This document shows, one piece after another, positions 1-12,689 of a stretch of 64,000 bases of DNA. Source of the DNA: Raillietiella orientalis. Its lineage: Eukaryota. Positions within the stretch are counted from its first letter, which is position 1, and every line of letters begins with the position of its first letter. The stretch spans positions 62,001 through 126,000 of the forward strand of contig JAYWIR010000083.1 in the NCBI GenBank assembly GCA_036172245.1. The letters are read 5' to 3'. The position numbers were made by a program, and so were the translations under genes. The notes below the pieces were generated by a model. The model saw only the letters and a list, made by a program, of their open reading frames with translations. It had not been told where the DNA came from and searched no databases.

Positions 1-3000
1 CCTTGTTTGGGCGACGCAGAGCATTTCCTCATCGCACAGGAAACTAGAAAACGGGGTCTTCCGTGATGGGGTCTTCAGCATCCTTGGTTCCAGTGCCCAG
101 ATCAAACGTGCTGCCATCCTAAATCCAACAGGTGTTAACGATGGTGCCGCAGAAATCCAAAAAGCGTTTCAGTTTTGGAGCAGAGGGGTATCCAAACGAC
201 GATACTTCGCTCCATCCATTCCTGTGACTGGAGGGAATCGTGGAACTCTCCCAAGAACATGCGGCTGTGGTTGATAGAGACAAATACAACATGCAACCAT
301 AGCTTCGTCGACGGTCAGCACCTGCTCTAGCACGCGTGCCCGGCTTTACCTTGGGTATGCTCAAGGTCGCATCTTTCAAAGATGCACCTTGACCTCCTCC
401 TCCTCGCTCCTTACAGGTCTCACATGGAGTCTCTTCCCTTGTGTCCCCCTCGAGAGAGCTGCGTTTCGGGGAAATCTATCTGAAGAAGCCACAAAAGATG
501 CAGCCAGTGAGGAGGTCCCGAGTGACGAGAAGCTCGGAGTTGCGCCATCTCCCAGAGAGAATGGTGCTCCGCAAATGGTCTGCTTCCCATTATACCACGA
601 GCAGACTTCCCAGTTGACGCAACGGAGAAAATCCCTCACCAACAACTTAAGCAGGTAGGTCTTGAGTGACCGGCAGTGTAGTTTGGACCATTAGAGCTCG
701 TGACAACAATTTTGCTTTCAGAAAAAAGAAGAGACCTATTTGGCTTCTCCCTTTTTTGCTCTGTTTCGCTTAAATCCATCTCTCGGCACATTCGCCAACT
801 AGAGGATGCGACCCTTCCCTTATTTATGTGAGTACAAACTCCATGCATAGGAGGTTTCGGAAACAACTGCTGGTGTTCCAGATGAGGAATCTTCCTATTC
901 GAAGCGTACTAGTAGAAGAGCCTTCCAGACCTTCCAGACGCCTCCATGGACAGTCAACTCGAATGGCACGGATTTGGAACCGGGAGTAACCTCCAGCTTG
1001 TGTCTGAGGATGCGCTTCTCAGACTCCTTCAGTGCGCCAGGAAGGTGCGCCGATTCTTGAGAAACACGAAACGATTTTTCCGAACGGCGGTCTCTTGCAT
1101 TGGGAACCAGGACTCCGGGAACCATCTTTCAGAGTTTCCTGGCTGCCAGGAGCGCTTCTTGTCGGGAATGCATGTAAGAACTTCTGTATCGCCTTCCCGG
1201 TATTGCGAATTCGACAGACTCCGGCTGAGGTTCATCTCTCTTGTACTATTCATCTCAGTTTTGCCCCATACACCCACATGAGTAGCCGCCCCACCTCGTC
1301 AGCGACTTCTCATCTTCTCATCTCATCGACTTCTCTCTCTCATCTTCTCATCCTCATCTCAATTCACTTCAACCCAGACTGGCAGATCGCCCCTCTGATC
1401 TCCTCAAGAACCGGAGGATAAATGAAACTCACTGCCCTTCTATTCCTTTGAAAGCAAAGGGGGGGCGATTTCTGCAAGATATTTTCAATGGCTGCTTCTG
1501 TGGGAGGGGAGAATGCTTCATGCTTTCCAGCATAGCTGCAGGAACAATAAACTAGAAGATGCGTTTAGAATTCAAAGATTGGCTTGTGGGCGTCCACTGC
1601 GAACGAAGGAACAAGCCGCCCTCTTCCAGTGGATCCTTCGCCTCACGAACTCGACTCGCCAAGTTTCTTCATTTGGAGCTTCGTCCCGTGGAAGATCTCA
1701 GGTACATCTTAACACTGGAACTCGCAGAAACCACGTACCTGCTGATTGCTCAATTTCTTCAATAGATCAAGCAGAAGTGTCGTTTCTACGATCTGCTAGG
1801 AACTTTGTCCTCGTCTGCCTCAGAGACCTGAAGCCAGATAAACGCATCTTCAAAAAACTTGGCCGTGGAGTTATGCTCAGATAGCGAGTAACGCATTCAC
1901 GTCAAAGATGCTGAACCTCTGGAGCATAAATCTTCAGGATGAATCCTCGAAGAAAACAACTTTGTAGGAATCCATCGGTTCCTGCGTATTTGTATGATGG
2001 AATTTTCTTGCAGCTGGGAAACCGAGCGCGATTGCTCCTTTACCAAGGTCTCTTCCTCCTCACTTCGTGTCCTCGTCATTATGCATTCAGTGGTTTACAT
2101 CACTGAACACCCTTTTTATTTTGTTTTTCTTTTTTTGGGAGCCATCTGCGATTTCTCTCTTCCGATCTTGAAGATCGAAACCTGACTTTCGGGATGCGAG
2201 ACAGGAAGAGCGGCGGCCTCGGTGCGCTCTCTCCGTTTCCGCACTGACCAAGGAGCAAAGCGAGTGGAGAGGAAAGATAACCTGAATAGGCAACCACCAC
2301 TCTGGACCAGGCTCTGACCTATGGTTCCCATTACGGAGCTGGAGCGCCTCTTTCTATCCACATGTGGCAGGCAGTTTCTTCGGGAACGCCGCTGCGGGCG
2401 AGGACTTTCAAGGAGAGACGAAGAATTTCAAGGAGCGGATTCTGCGGTTGTTCTTCAAACCTGAGCAAGACGGCGACAACAAACTGAGTCCACTGGGCGA
2501 CTGCAGGGATCAACGCACTCTGCTCCTTCTCTCGGACGTCTTCACGGGGAAGATGAATTCTGCCCCATTAGCAACGAATTATGCCGCACGCTGATCCGTA
2601 CCGTCGTGCGTTTACACGCCGCCGCTTTGCCGAACAGACGGCAACCGCCGCGGCTCTACCTCGAGGCCGTTCAGTGAGCTGCCCAGGTCGCAGCAGCACG
2701 CCGACTGAGGCTCCCCAGCCACCTACCTCATCGGGGGCGCTGCTCGTCCGCCACATGCTCCTGCCGGACGGTTTTGCAAAGCGACCCCTTTCTGCGCTTT
2801 GCTCGCCCCTCTTCCGGCCGGCGAAATCTGTCAGCAGCGCCTCCGTACACTTCGCCGGCGGGCATCCTGTGGACGGTGGCTGGCCTTTCGCCGATATCTG
2901 CCGGCGCGAGCGAAGCGCTGCCCTCGGTGGAGCGGCGAGCGATCCTCGCCCGTCGCCAACCGAGCAGGCGCCAGGCCTCTCGCGGAGCAGTGAGCGCTCC

Positions 3001-3789
3001 TCGCGCCATTCCGGAAGGAGTCCTCTTCGTTAGTGCTCGATCGCCCTCGGTGAACGCGGATCGCTTCCGGGGCAGTTTGCCAGAGGCGCTGTGTGGCGAA
3101 CGAGAAGAAGATCTCCCTTTTCGACCCTTTGTGCCAACCGCGAGCTAGGCGAGAGACGACATTGGCCGTCCGTCATGCCACAAGCATGATTGACCGAAAT
3201 CCAAGTGATGGTAGCAAGAGATCAAGTATTCCTTTTGTTGTACATTTGCAACAGCGTGTCAGGATGGGTCAAGAGGTCACCAACCAACTCGGAAGGGGAA
3301 GGTAACTCTTCTCATTTGCCCTTCGAATGATCTGTGGCTACTTGAACGATGTGATCTCTTCGCGGTGATTGATGAGAGTAGGAGGGGACGCTTTTCGGTC
3401 CGTGGAATCGACCGGGAAGATTCCTGGACGCTCACTCGGCAGGCGCTTCTTCGGGTGGATCATCTCGAATGAAGATCGTTCGAGCTGATTTATAGAGTTT
3501 ACACGACGAGCACAGCTTCTGCGATCGACGAACCGAGTTCCATTTTCGAGACCTCCTTCGCCTTTCTTCTCATCTCCTCTTTCCGCTTCTCTCAATGGTG
3601 GCTCCAGACTAGGCTCTTCTACTCCGATGTCTGTGTCCACTTTCGAAAAAAATAAAAAAGTCCGCAAAGGATTCTTCGGGAAGGAGAACCGTTGGAGTCC
3701 CAGAACTGAAAGCCGGGAGACGAATCCTGTGTGAGTCCTCGGATCTCTGGGGCGCGCGAGATTTGCTATGGTATCGCTGACTCCACGTC

Positions 3790-4290
3790 TTCGGGCGAGC
3801 GTGAGCTTTCGCGGTTCATGCTGCTGACCCAAGCGCGCAGGATCAGTGCCTCCTTGAGCTTTCGTCCTCTCGCGCCTTGACCGCCCTTGCGGCTGGTGGT
3901 ATCTCCAGCGAGCGAGAGACCCCGGTCTCCGTCGGTCCTGACTGTCACCCAAGAAGTGCCTTGTCCAGCCGCCCCGCGATTTGAATCAAAGTTCCTCTTC
4001 CCGTTCGAAAGATGCCTTGGACCATTCGCGGGCGCCGGAAGTCGCTTTTCATCGACGGCCAGTGCCCGGGAGGCTCTTCCAAGAGAGATCTGACGAAGGA
4101 CACATAAGCGGAGTCCGCGTCGACTCGAGGGAACGGGTCCATCGGTATCCAAGTGGCTGAGGCGTAGGTCCTGCAACGGAGAACAGCACGGAGTTCACTT
4201 GAGATCTCAAGAGAGTGAGACAGTCGCTCATCCTGTACCCTTGCCATCGTAGGGGTGGCAACGAAGTGCTTCTTCTTTCTCTTGCAACGA
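3790..4290 (-). mobile_element. Degenerate Penelope-like element, GIY-YIG endonuclease/C-terminal region (approximate limits)
   Basis: Frameshifted minus-strand peptides occur in the expected order: HPY..G..ERLSHSL, then LCVLRQISLGRASRAL (cf. C..C..YIG.T.R.L), then RKLKEALILRAWVSSMNRE (cf. R.IKEA..I......LNRD). Confidence 0.45.
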
Positions 4291-4424
4291 AGGGAAACAT
4301 GGTTTAGGCAAGGAGGACGGAGAGGACGTGCAAGAAAGAACCAGGAGGGATGGAGAGAGATAGCGAGAAGAACTGGAAGCTGCCAAATCAGAAACCTTGT
4401 ACAGGGGACCGGAGGCGAATTTCG

Positions 4425-4675
4425 AAGGACTCCTTGATTCCTGGAAGGGCCCAGGAGAGCCAAATTCCAATCACCGCCATTCAATGGGGACACTGGCTTC
4501 CACCAGTGTCGCACCCAAAGCCTCTAGAACAACCAGAGTCATCCTGCGGGGGGGAGGGAGAGGGATGAATCGACACCCACGACGCATCCATTTTTCGGCG
4601 TCAATCCTTCCCCGGAGGGGCTCGAATCCGCAACGCTCGGTGCCACGCGCCGAGGCCGCAGCCACGCAGCTGCGA
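4425..4675 (-). mobile_element. tRNA-headed SINE-like repeat, 5' portion (copy 1)
   Basis: The minus strand reads gctgcgtggctgcggcctcggcgcgtggcaccgagcgttgcggattcgagcccc...ggatgactctggttg...cttccaggaatcaaggag, alignable by eye with the copies at 18.2, 21.1, 21.4, 23 and 47 kb. Confidence 0.7.
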
Positions 4676-7600
4676 ACGAGGAGCTGCTCCGTGAGTCGTG
4701 GCGTGCGGACCACGGCATTCCTCCTCGGAGATGTCCCGGGCACTTCTCGACCACGCTTGCGTCTCCAGGACCAGCAATTGCCCACGGGACGCAGGATCAC
4801 GTGGGTCGGCACGCAGGCAACGAGTGCCTCCCGCCCTCGAAGCAGAGGGAGCGCTCGGTTGCTCGAGGGATTCCACAGGAACGCTGCTGCATGTTGCCAG
4901 GGAGAAAACGCAAGCGGACTCACGTTTAGTCTCAAAGAAAAGTTCTAGGAGAGGAGGCAGGGCACCAGGAGCTTTTCCCCAGTCATCCCAGCATCCTCAC
5001 TCTTCTCGGCGGAAAATTTCGAAGGGAGACTTTTTCGGGTTTCCGGACTTTCGGATCGAAAACTGAAAGTTGCGAAGAGAACCGCGGCACCCTAGCGAGG
5101 GAAGGCCCCAGTGGATGTTCTGGGAAGCCAACTGGGGTTCAGGAGAGCGGTTCGCTAGCCGCATCGGTCCGGAGGTCCTTCCTGGCCCCGGCCGCGCGAG
5201 CTCTCGTGGCCGCCGCTAGGGGCGTGCCGCGCGTGAGAGAGGCGCATTTTCCCCACCGGGAGGTACAGCTCTTGAAACGGTGGGGTGGATGGGACGGGGA
5301 CGAGAAGCCCGCTAATGGGTGCACTGAAATCTCTCCTTGAGCTCTCTTGGAGCGGAGGCCCACCAAAGTTTCGCAAGTTCCGCGAGGGAGGCTGGAGAAC
5401 CTCCCTCACTCAACGTTTGATAAGACAGATCATCCCTTAATCCTCCGCGGTGCCGTAGAAGGGGAGGAGGAGGCGAGTGCGCTTCTCACCTCCCCCCTTT
5501 AGCGAATTAAGGGATGGGGAGGCTCCCTCTTTCTTGTAGGAAGGTCAGGCAGCCTGGGAGTCACGTGGAACGGGGAAGAAAAGACCGGATTTATCCCCCA
5601 GGATCGAGCGATCCATCAACGCGTACCAATCCTTTTCGCATCATCTGCTTAAGCGTGATCAATGCTTATCTGGAAGGACTGAGCGCTCTCCGTTCGCTCC
5701 TGGATTTCACGGGTTCCTGTGTCCCCTTGGAAGCCGCTCAACTGGTGCGAGGAGCAGATTAATGAGGGGCGCGTCGAGCCGACGGAAGTGGCGCGGCGAA
5801 GTCCGGATGATGGATGCCCGGCAGCCATCGAAATCGAAAGTGACTTAGCGGGTTCTTCCCGAGGAAGAAGAAAAAAAAAAGAAAATCATCCTGGAGCTCT
5901 TTTGGGAATGGCGCAGGATGTTGATGGAGCGTCGGGTGGAGTAGGAATCGAGAGGTTCGCGAGATAAGAGACCCGGGAAGGTATTTGCATGAGAATGGGA
6001 TCTCGGGAAGGGTTAACGGATGGATGAGCGGCGGAGGAGGAGAGCAACAAAAGGGGCGCGGCAAGTCCTCCGCGCAAGAGCGGGACCCGATAATGCGTAA
6101 ACGCGGAGTTAATTGGGGCTGCTCCAGACAGTCATTAAAAAGCTCTTTTCCCTCTCCCCTCCCCCTACGGATGCCTCCCCCACTCTGGAGAAAGGGGAGG
6201 GAAGAAGAAAAGAAAAAGAAGGGCAAACGAACGGAACCAGTTCTTCTGCTCTTCTATTGTATTGGGAGTGGCGTCGTTCAGAGCTCCTGGGAACCGCGAA
6301 GGCTATGCCCTGCGTTTCCTAAATATTTTTTTTTTCTGGAAGAAACAAACCCAGGATCACTTCGGAATGCCATGACAACGGTCGAAAGAAAAGAAGTTGG
6401 TTCTGGCATTCTATCGGAGGGAGTCGACCTTCTGCACCTCCTCCTTGGAACACTCGAGACCGACTCCCACCGGTGCAGCAGGGAGGACACGACTTCCCGC
6501 ATCGTTCGCTTTGCTGATTCGGGAGTCGCCGCTTCCTTCCGCTCTAAGGAAAGAAGAAAGGAAGGAGGCTTGGGAAAACAAAAGCCGCTGGAAAAAGGGG
6601 AAGGAATTCGTTTCGAGGAAAGCGGAAGAACGAAAGAACGTCTTAACGAATCCACTCCTCAAGTCCGTTCTTGATTTCCTGCCGCCGCTGTTCTCTGCAC
6701 GGATCCCTGCCTCCGTACCCGATCGGGCAATAGGCGGACTTGGAAATCCCTCTCTGTAGTTCGTCCCGGGAGCGGATTTCTTTTTTTTCTGGGGTGGGGA
6801 GAGGGAGTAAGCTAAGTTGACCGGTTGCAAGTCACAATGTGCGAAGGTCGAGGAGAAGTGGGAGGCGCTCTTTCGCCTTCTTTCTTCTGGTAAACTGGGA
6901 GGAAGCCTTGCAGCTCGAGGTGGTAGTGGCTCGCGCCAGCTTCGCCCTGCTTTCCGGCTGCGGCTGTCTGCTTTCTCGAAATCCCTCGCTCGCCGCAGTG
7001 GTGGAGAAAGGTCCCTGGGAAACCTGCCCGGATGCCAACTCTCCGCGAACCTGCCGTTCCTCTGCTACATGTCCGCTGGTGACTACACTGTTCTTTCCCA
7101 TGACTTGAAGGAAAACCCGTCCGCAAAAGGAAGCGGATGCCATCCGCACATGCCTTCCATTGAAATGGAGTTTTCCGGAGATGAGTTTTCGAGAGAGCCA
7201 CGGAAGCCAGGTTGGTCAGATGTCCCCACGCCCCTGATTGCGAACCGACTGCTTCCCCTTCCGAGTGCGCAAGAGGCCCTTGGGGCGTGATGGAATGGTC
7301 AGAGCTGAAGTTTCCTCTCTCCGGAAGTGTCATCCTCATTGAGGGGTGGTTCTCTCATCTTTAGTTCCCCTTTTCTTCTCAAGGAAAATCATCCGCAGAC
7401 GTGGGAACGAATCATCTCGGGAGTGCGGCAGCGACTTTTCGGCATTCACTTTCGCCACCCATGTGTCCAGCTGATTCTGTGCAGCTCGGAGCCTCTTGTA
7501 AGGAGTTGTGAGGTGTTTCAAACCAGCTGGAGGCCCCTGGAAAGAAGGAAAGGAAGGAGGAATGCCGTTTAAGAGGATTGGGAGGGCGAAGGTCTTCCTC

Positions 7601-7979
7601 AAAAAGAGAACGCATCGTTCTCCGCATAGGTCCCTCCACTCCCTCTAAAGAAAGGTTCAGAGTTCAAGACCACGAATCGGTTAAAGGGAAAACTTGGGAG
7701 GTTAGGGCCCTGAAAGAATCCACCGGACAATGAGCTGGAGGAAAAGGCATGTTTCACAAAGATGAGGGCTTCACAAAGTGATGAGAAGACGTGCATGCTG
7801 ATGGCCGTGATCGTTCCTGACGGGGAATTAGTCGAAGACGCCGTATAAGATAAGTCTTGATAGGGAACAACGAATCAGGAAGGAAAAAGCAGATGAAAAA
7901 CGAACCGGGCAATGTTTCCTTGATAACGAGACGCAAACGGATGCTGAGCAGGCTCGATGCCTAAATGGAAGTACCTTTA

Positions 7980-8560
7980 TCGGATCGCACCTCCCACGCG
8001 ATGAATTGCAATGGGCCCTGAGCAATTCCCACAGAAAAAAAGTAGCAGAATCTTGCTGCGACCGAAATTTCTGGAAAATTTGCTCCAACAGTGAGTCTGG
8101 ACAAGCCGCTGAGAGTTGGGCGTGAGACCTGGATATTGTCCACGTGTAGCTACTCCTTTTTCACGAGATCAGGGAACACACGATATTCAGGAAATCCCTT
8201 GTTCCAGACTTCCGACCTTCGTAAACTCCATTAGCAATATGATCATTGCCAACTCTATGTGGTGAATCTTCGCTTGGCCACAGAGTGAGGATGGGTTAAG
8301 GACAAGGGTCTCTTAGACCATTTCATACTCAGTCTTAAGAACCCGGATTGTGATATATGAACAGAGGCAACCCATAGATTCACAGGAAGCATCCGGCTAA
8401 AAGGATACAAGAAAAAAATGGATCAGACCAAACTTGTCCACGGAGACTGCCAGCCTGCCTTCCAGCTGGCTTGGTTTTCACTCGACACCTCCAGCCGCCT
8501 TCGACGAGGGCTTTGATCCTCTAATAGTTTTCCAAGGTCCCCTCGGAGGCGGCAGTTGAA
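7980..8560 (+). mobile_element. Highly decayed non-LTR (L1/Tx1-like) reverse transcriptase remnant
   Basis: Broken traces of the N-terminal RT motifs (EL..AL..K; RP...N...IA; SLD..AFD) in order, with many stops and frameshifts. Confidence 0.3.
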
Positions 8561-8734
8561 GAGAGTCTTCGAGTTCGACATGCACAGTTCTCCTGGTGAA
8601 TTATTGCCATCGTGACAAGAGTGTGTTCAGTTGCTGCATCACTGCTACTGATAAGGCGATATAGTCTTGCAAAATCATCCAGGTACCGCCATGTGTGTCA
8701 TCTCGACACTCAGAGCCAAATCAAGTTCAGTGCT

Positions 8735-8735
8735 G

Positions 8736-8763
<28 letters not shown>
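8735..8763. repeat. Poly(T) tract
   Basis: Uninterrupted run of about 29 T. Confidence 0.95.
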
Positions 8764-8766
<3 letters not shown>

Positions 8767-11224
8767 GAGCAGTTCTGAGCAAAGAATCTATATGACTCAA
8801 AAGAACCTGGGTTTTGAGTTGACTAAAGGTTGGAAGGTGTCCGAGGCTTAGGAGACAACAGTACTATCCAAAAGTCATCTTCCGAAATCTGAGCTCACTT
8901 CGCATCTTTCGGGGAATCCTTCAGTGGATGCGGTTTGAACTGACTCTAAACGGAACCGTCAGCACCGGCAGCATAAGTCGGAAAATGGTCCATGAAGTCC
9001 CGTTAGCCTCCTGTAGCCTGGAGCAACTCGAGTTCATTACGCGCCAATCGACTTTCTTCAAACTTCCTTATGGAAAATCTCCGCCATATCTCCCGTTTTC
9101 ACTCCGAAAGCACGCAGGCGTATCTCCCTTGGACACTGTCCGTAACTCTCTGAAGGATGAAGCTCCAGAGACGGAGCTACGGAGCCCCGAATGGAAAGTC
9201 TCAAGCAGCAGATGCAGCTCACCGCCACGTATTCACTGACCGTGTTGGTTTCAGCATTGCTCTCTTTTGATAAAACCTGAAAGATCGAATCCAAGGAGAG
9301 CATCTTATGTGCGAATTCCCTCGGGGAATCCAAACCGATGCTATGAAGAAACGATGCGAGATTTGAACAGCCGCAGTTTAGGAATCCTCGATGGTGACTT
9401 CCGGATAAGCTACGGTGTCTGCTTCAACCTTATCTTTGCGTCAGTCGGTAAGGAAAATGCTTTTGTCCACCACCACTGAACACCGCAGAAATGCTGCACA
9501 TTAACCCGCAGGTGATTATTAATTCGAAAGTCGTTGTCTCTCTTAACCTACCGGTTCCATGGCAACACGAAATTGTGAATTGTGCGTTTAAGAATGACAC
9601 AGAGGTAGTTGCCAGGAAATCTACATGAAGGAGACTCTTACTGATTCTAAGGAAGATGAAAGGCTTGACTTGGAGTGACCCCACCCATTTCTCGAGTCTC
9701 CGGACGACCCACTTATTTTCAGCTTGTTGTTTAAGAACTAAACGGTTTTTGATTCAACCTGATTTCTGCTGCTCGCTTGAGGAATGGAAGAAAGTGCACG
9801 CGAAGAAAGACTGTGGAAGGCTTGCGGAAGCGAGCACTTCCCGAAGCTCTCGGTGGTGATCCCTACATGGAGCCTGGACTTCTGGATCAGCTACAGCTCC
9901 AAGTGGACACTTACACGAAATCTGTTCGTGTCTTCAAGACGTGGGTTCACTTGAAAACGGCGACCTCTTTTCGCACCGTCAGCCCTAGGGTAAACTCTTG
10001 AATCGTAGTATCGGAAGCCCAAGAATCCATTAACCGCATTGCTTTAATCCCCAGAGATTAATTGCTGCAAAAAAAGGGTATACAAGAATAATAAGCTGGA
10101 ATTATTAATGGCTGAGGTCAAGGCTAAGCGTTGCTGCTGCTGACTGCACGAGTAGGGACGCGCAAGCGTGGGTGTATACGGAGCAGAATCCCGAAGGACT
10201 CCACAGTGGGATTAATTTTACCGGGAAGTAAATCCCTTACATTTCGAGAATTCCTGCACCGTAGACGACGGCGCGTCGTTGGTAATACCACGGTGGTGCC
10301 GCGTCTACGGGGGAGTGTTTACTTTAATACGCCACATTGGCATTCGCTCATTTATACCCATCACTATCCGAAGGAAACTTTCCCTTCCTAGTGATAAATC
10401 GTGGTGTTCTTCTCCCGAATCCTCTGAAACTCCCTCTGCCATCCGTTCACATTACCCGTGTGGGGATGCTTCCAGCCGCTTGTTGGGAAGGTTAGCCAGA
10501 AAATACACATACATACATATATATATGTGTGCATGCGTGCATTTTTGAAAGCGTGGCCAAAATACGGTTCTTGTAAACAACATGGACTCCGACTATCCAG
10601 GGATTCCTCCGAAGAAATGAGTTCGGCTCAGCATGCTATAATTGATGGTTATTTGCACCATTAGTTTCGAAGCTCGTTTTCTTCTTCCCGATTTCTTCTT
10701 CCCACTTTTTTTTGGGGAGGGCGGTTCCGAAGATGCCTGCAGAGTGTGGTCCACGTCAGCAATGTCGGCCGAAGGAACGAGATCGTTAGAGCCGTCCATT
10801 TCTTGCGTGCATGCGCTTTGCTCCTCTGGAGATACCTGCGACGTTTAGATGATCTGCTTCCCCCACTCCTCCTGTTGCTACCACCTTCCCACTGATGGGC
10901 ACACCCGCAAGCACCTCACCCTCTGAAAAGCAGCCGGGTGCACCCGGGCAGACCGGTTCATTCGGGCGCGGAACGACTTGGTCTCGAGGAAACTTTCCTT
11001 CACGGAAAAGGAACTGATGTGAAAGACGGAGGGTCGCGCCCTCCTTGAGGGTTACGCTGTCTTCGGAGCCGACGCTTTCCTAAAGCTCCCTCCCGGATCG
11101 AGTTTGGCTCTTTCGCTGCTAAAACGAATGCCTTCCAGGAGGAATTCCCCTCCCCCCTCTCCCCCAATTCGCTTTTGCTCGTGCACCTACCGGGGCAGGG
11201 GCTCATGCACATTCTTTGCGTATG

Positions 11225-11302
11225 GTCCACGGTCATACCACGCTGAAAGCATTGCCTCTCGTTCGATTGGCCAAGTTAAGCAGCTCCGAGCCCGGTTAGT
11301 CC
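11225..11302 (+). pseudogene. 5S rRNA-derived sequence, first ~78 nt only (truncated 5S pseudogene or SINE3-type head)
   Basis: gtccacggtcataccacgctgaaagcattgcctctcgttcgattggccaagttaagcagctccgagcccggttagtcct is colinear with metazoan 5S rRNA nt 1-78, including the A box AGTTAAGCAG. Similarity stops before the C box. Confidence 0.85.
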
Positions 11303-12286
11303 TCTCTGCCGTGTGCGAACCTTCGGTCGGAGGTAGTTAAGCAGTTGAGGATCGTGTGGATCCACGATTGCTGAATTCTTTCGGGCGTGGTAAGCATCTC
11401 ATCAGGTGCGCGCTTTGTCAGGTACCACCCTGCACCGGACAGCAAGGATCCTCCCAGAGATACTCTGAAGAAGTCGTGATCTGTACGGAAGAGCGTGACG
11501 ACAGAGAAAGAAATCACGCGCGCTTGTCCCTTGGAGCAGCAGAAAAAGTCAGCGACCCCTTTCCATACGGGAGCTCCTTCCAAATTGCCCTGATACGGGT
11601 TTCCTGAAACGTGAAGAATTCACTCCCAAGGAGCCTTCTGAGCCGAGATGGTGAAAATGGGCAGCTTCCTTCGGTGGATCAGAGGGCGCGTCGACTCGCT
11701 TATTTTGTGTGCCCCTCCCCCCAAGCATTTGTTGACCTTCCCCGCGGGAGTTCAAAGCCGGACGCAGGGCTCCTGAAAGAGTGTCGCGTTCGAAGAAACT
11801 CGGCACCGTTCCAGGAAGCCACGACCCAAGGTCGCCAGTCGGGCTGTGCCGGAAGAAGCAAAATTGCCTTTCTTCCTCCCCCCCCCCCCGGGCGTTCTTG
11901 TCTTCGCTGTCAGTCCGACGGGTGGTGCGGCAAAGAGAGGGGATTTTTCGGATGGCAGGAACGGACACCTTTCTCCCTCGCGGACGTGTCCACCGCCCGA
12001 AGGACTCTTTCTGATTCCTCTTCCCCGCGAGGTCAGGACGCGATGCTCGCTCCTGGCCTTCCGTTGGAAGGTCCCCCCTCCCTCCCGCCTCCGCGTCCCA
12101 TTTTCCTGTCAATGCTTCCCAATTAGATATCTAAGGCGGTGGGTCCAATCCCGAAAACGGAGCGGATCCGTCACGTCCCCTCTGGTCCCGTCGCTCGCAA
12201 TTACTGACGCACTGTTGAGGGCAGCGCCCATTTTTACCTAACGCATGCATTTAGGCATTTTTGTAAAACAGCGTTCATGTTTGTAG

Positions 12287-12465
12287 GTCATGAAAATAGT
12301 GACGAGCAGCTGATAAAACGTACACTCGAGGAAGACTTTTTGCTCGAAGCAGGATTTCTCGGAGGGAAGTCGTACTTCCAAACGACAAACTTTTCCGTTT
12401 CGAATGCCCAGCTGAACACGGAAGCTGTGTTGCATTGTGTTGTGAGGAATCGAGGAACGAACGTT
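12287..12465 (+). CDS. dpr: Dpr-family (defective proboscis extension response) two-Ig protein, internal exon A (start of Ig1)
   Basis: tttgtag acceptor, gttagt donor. Encodes ...YFQTTNFSVSNAQLNTEAVLHCVVRNRGTNV and joins in frame to VSWIR of the next exon across a 122-nt intron. Confidence 0.85.
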
Positions 12466-12587
12466 GTTAGTCTTGTGGATAAATTTCTTGACCTCTGCTC
12501 TTACCCCTTGCCCGACCTCCGCTGAAGCTCGCTCCCTTACTGAGGATAAAACCTGGAGTAAGCATTAGCAGAAATTTGTTCTTGCAG

Positions 12588-12689
12588 GTCTCCTGGATAC
12601 GGCTGCTGGATTTCCACTTGCTGACCGTGGGGACGCGGGTCTACGTGAAGGATGAAAGAATCTACCTGGAGCACCTCAAGCATTCCCAG
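12588..12689 (+). CDS. dpr: Dpr-family protein, exon B (Ig1 middle)
   Basis: cttgcag acceptor, gtattt donor. Encodes VSWIRLLDFHLLTVGTRVYVKDERIYLEHLKHSQ, matching the Dpr signature VSWIR..D.HLLTVG...Y..DER. Confidence 0.93.

Noticed and set aside
1..11000. The many 60-230 aa ORFs in the six-frame track
   Set aside because: Low-complexity Arg/Ser/Pro-rich translations overlapping on both strands with no domain signature, as expected by chance at this GC content.
11225..11345. Functional 5S rRNA gene
   Set aside because: The 3' third (C box, closing helix, oligo-T terminator) is missing and there is no tandem array.
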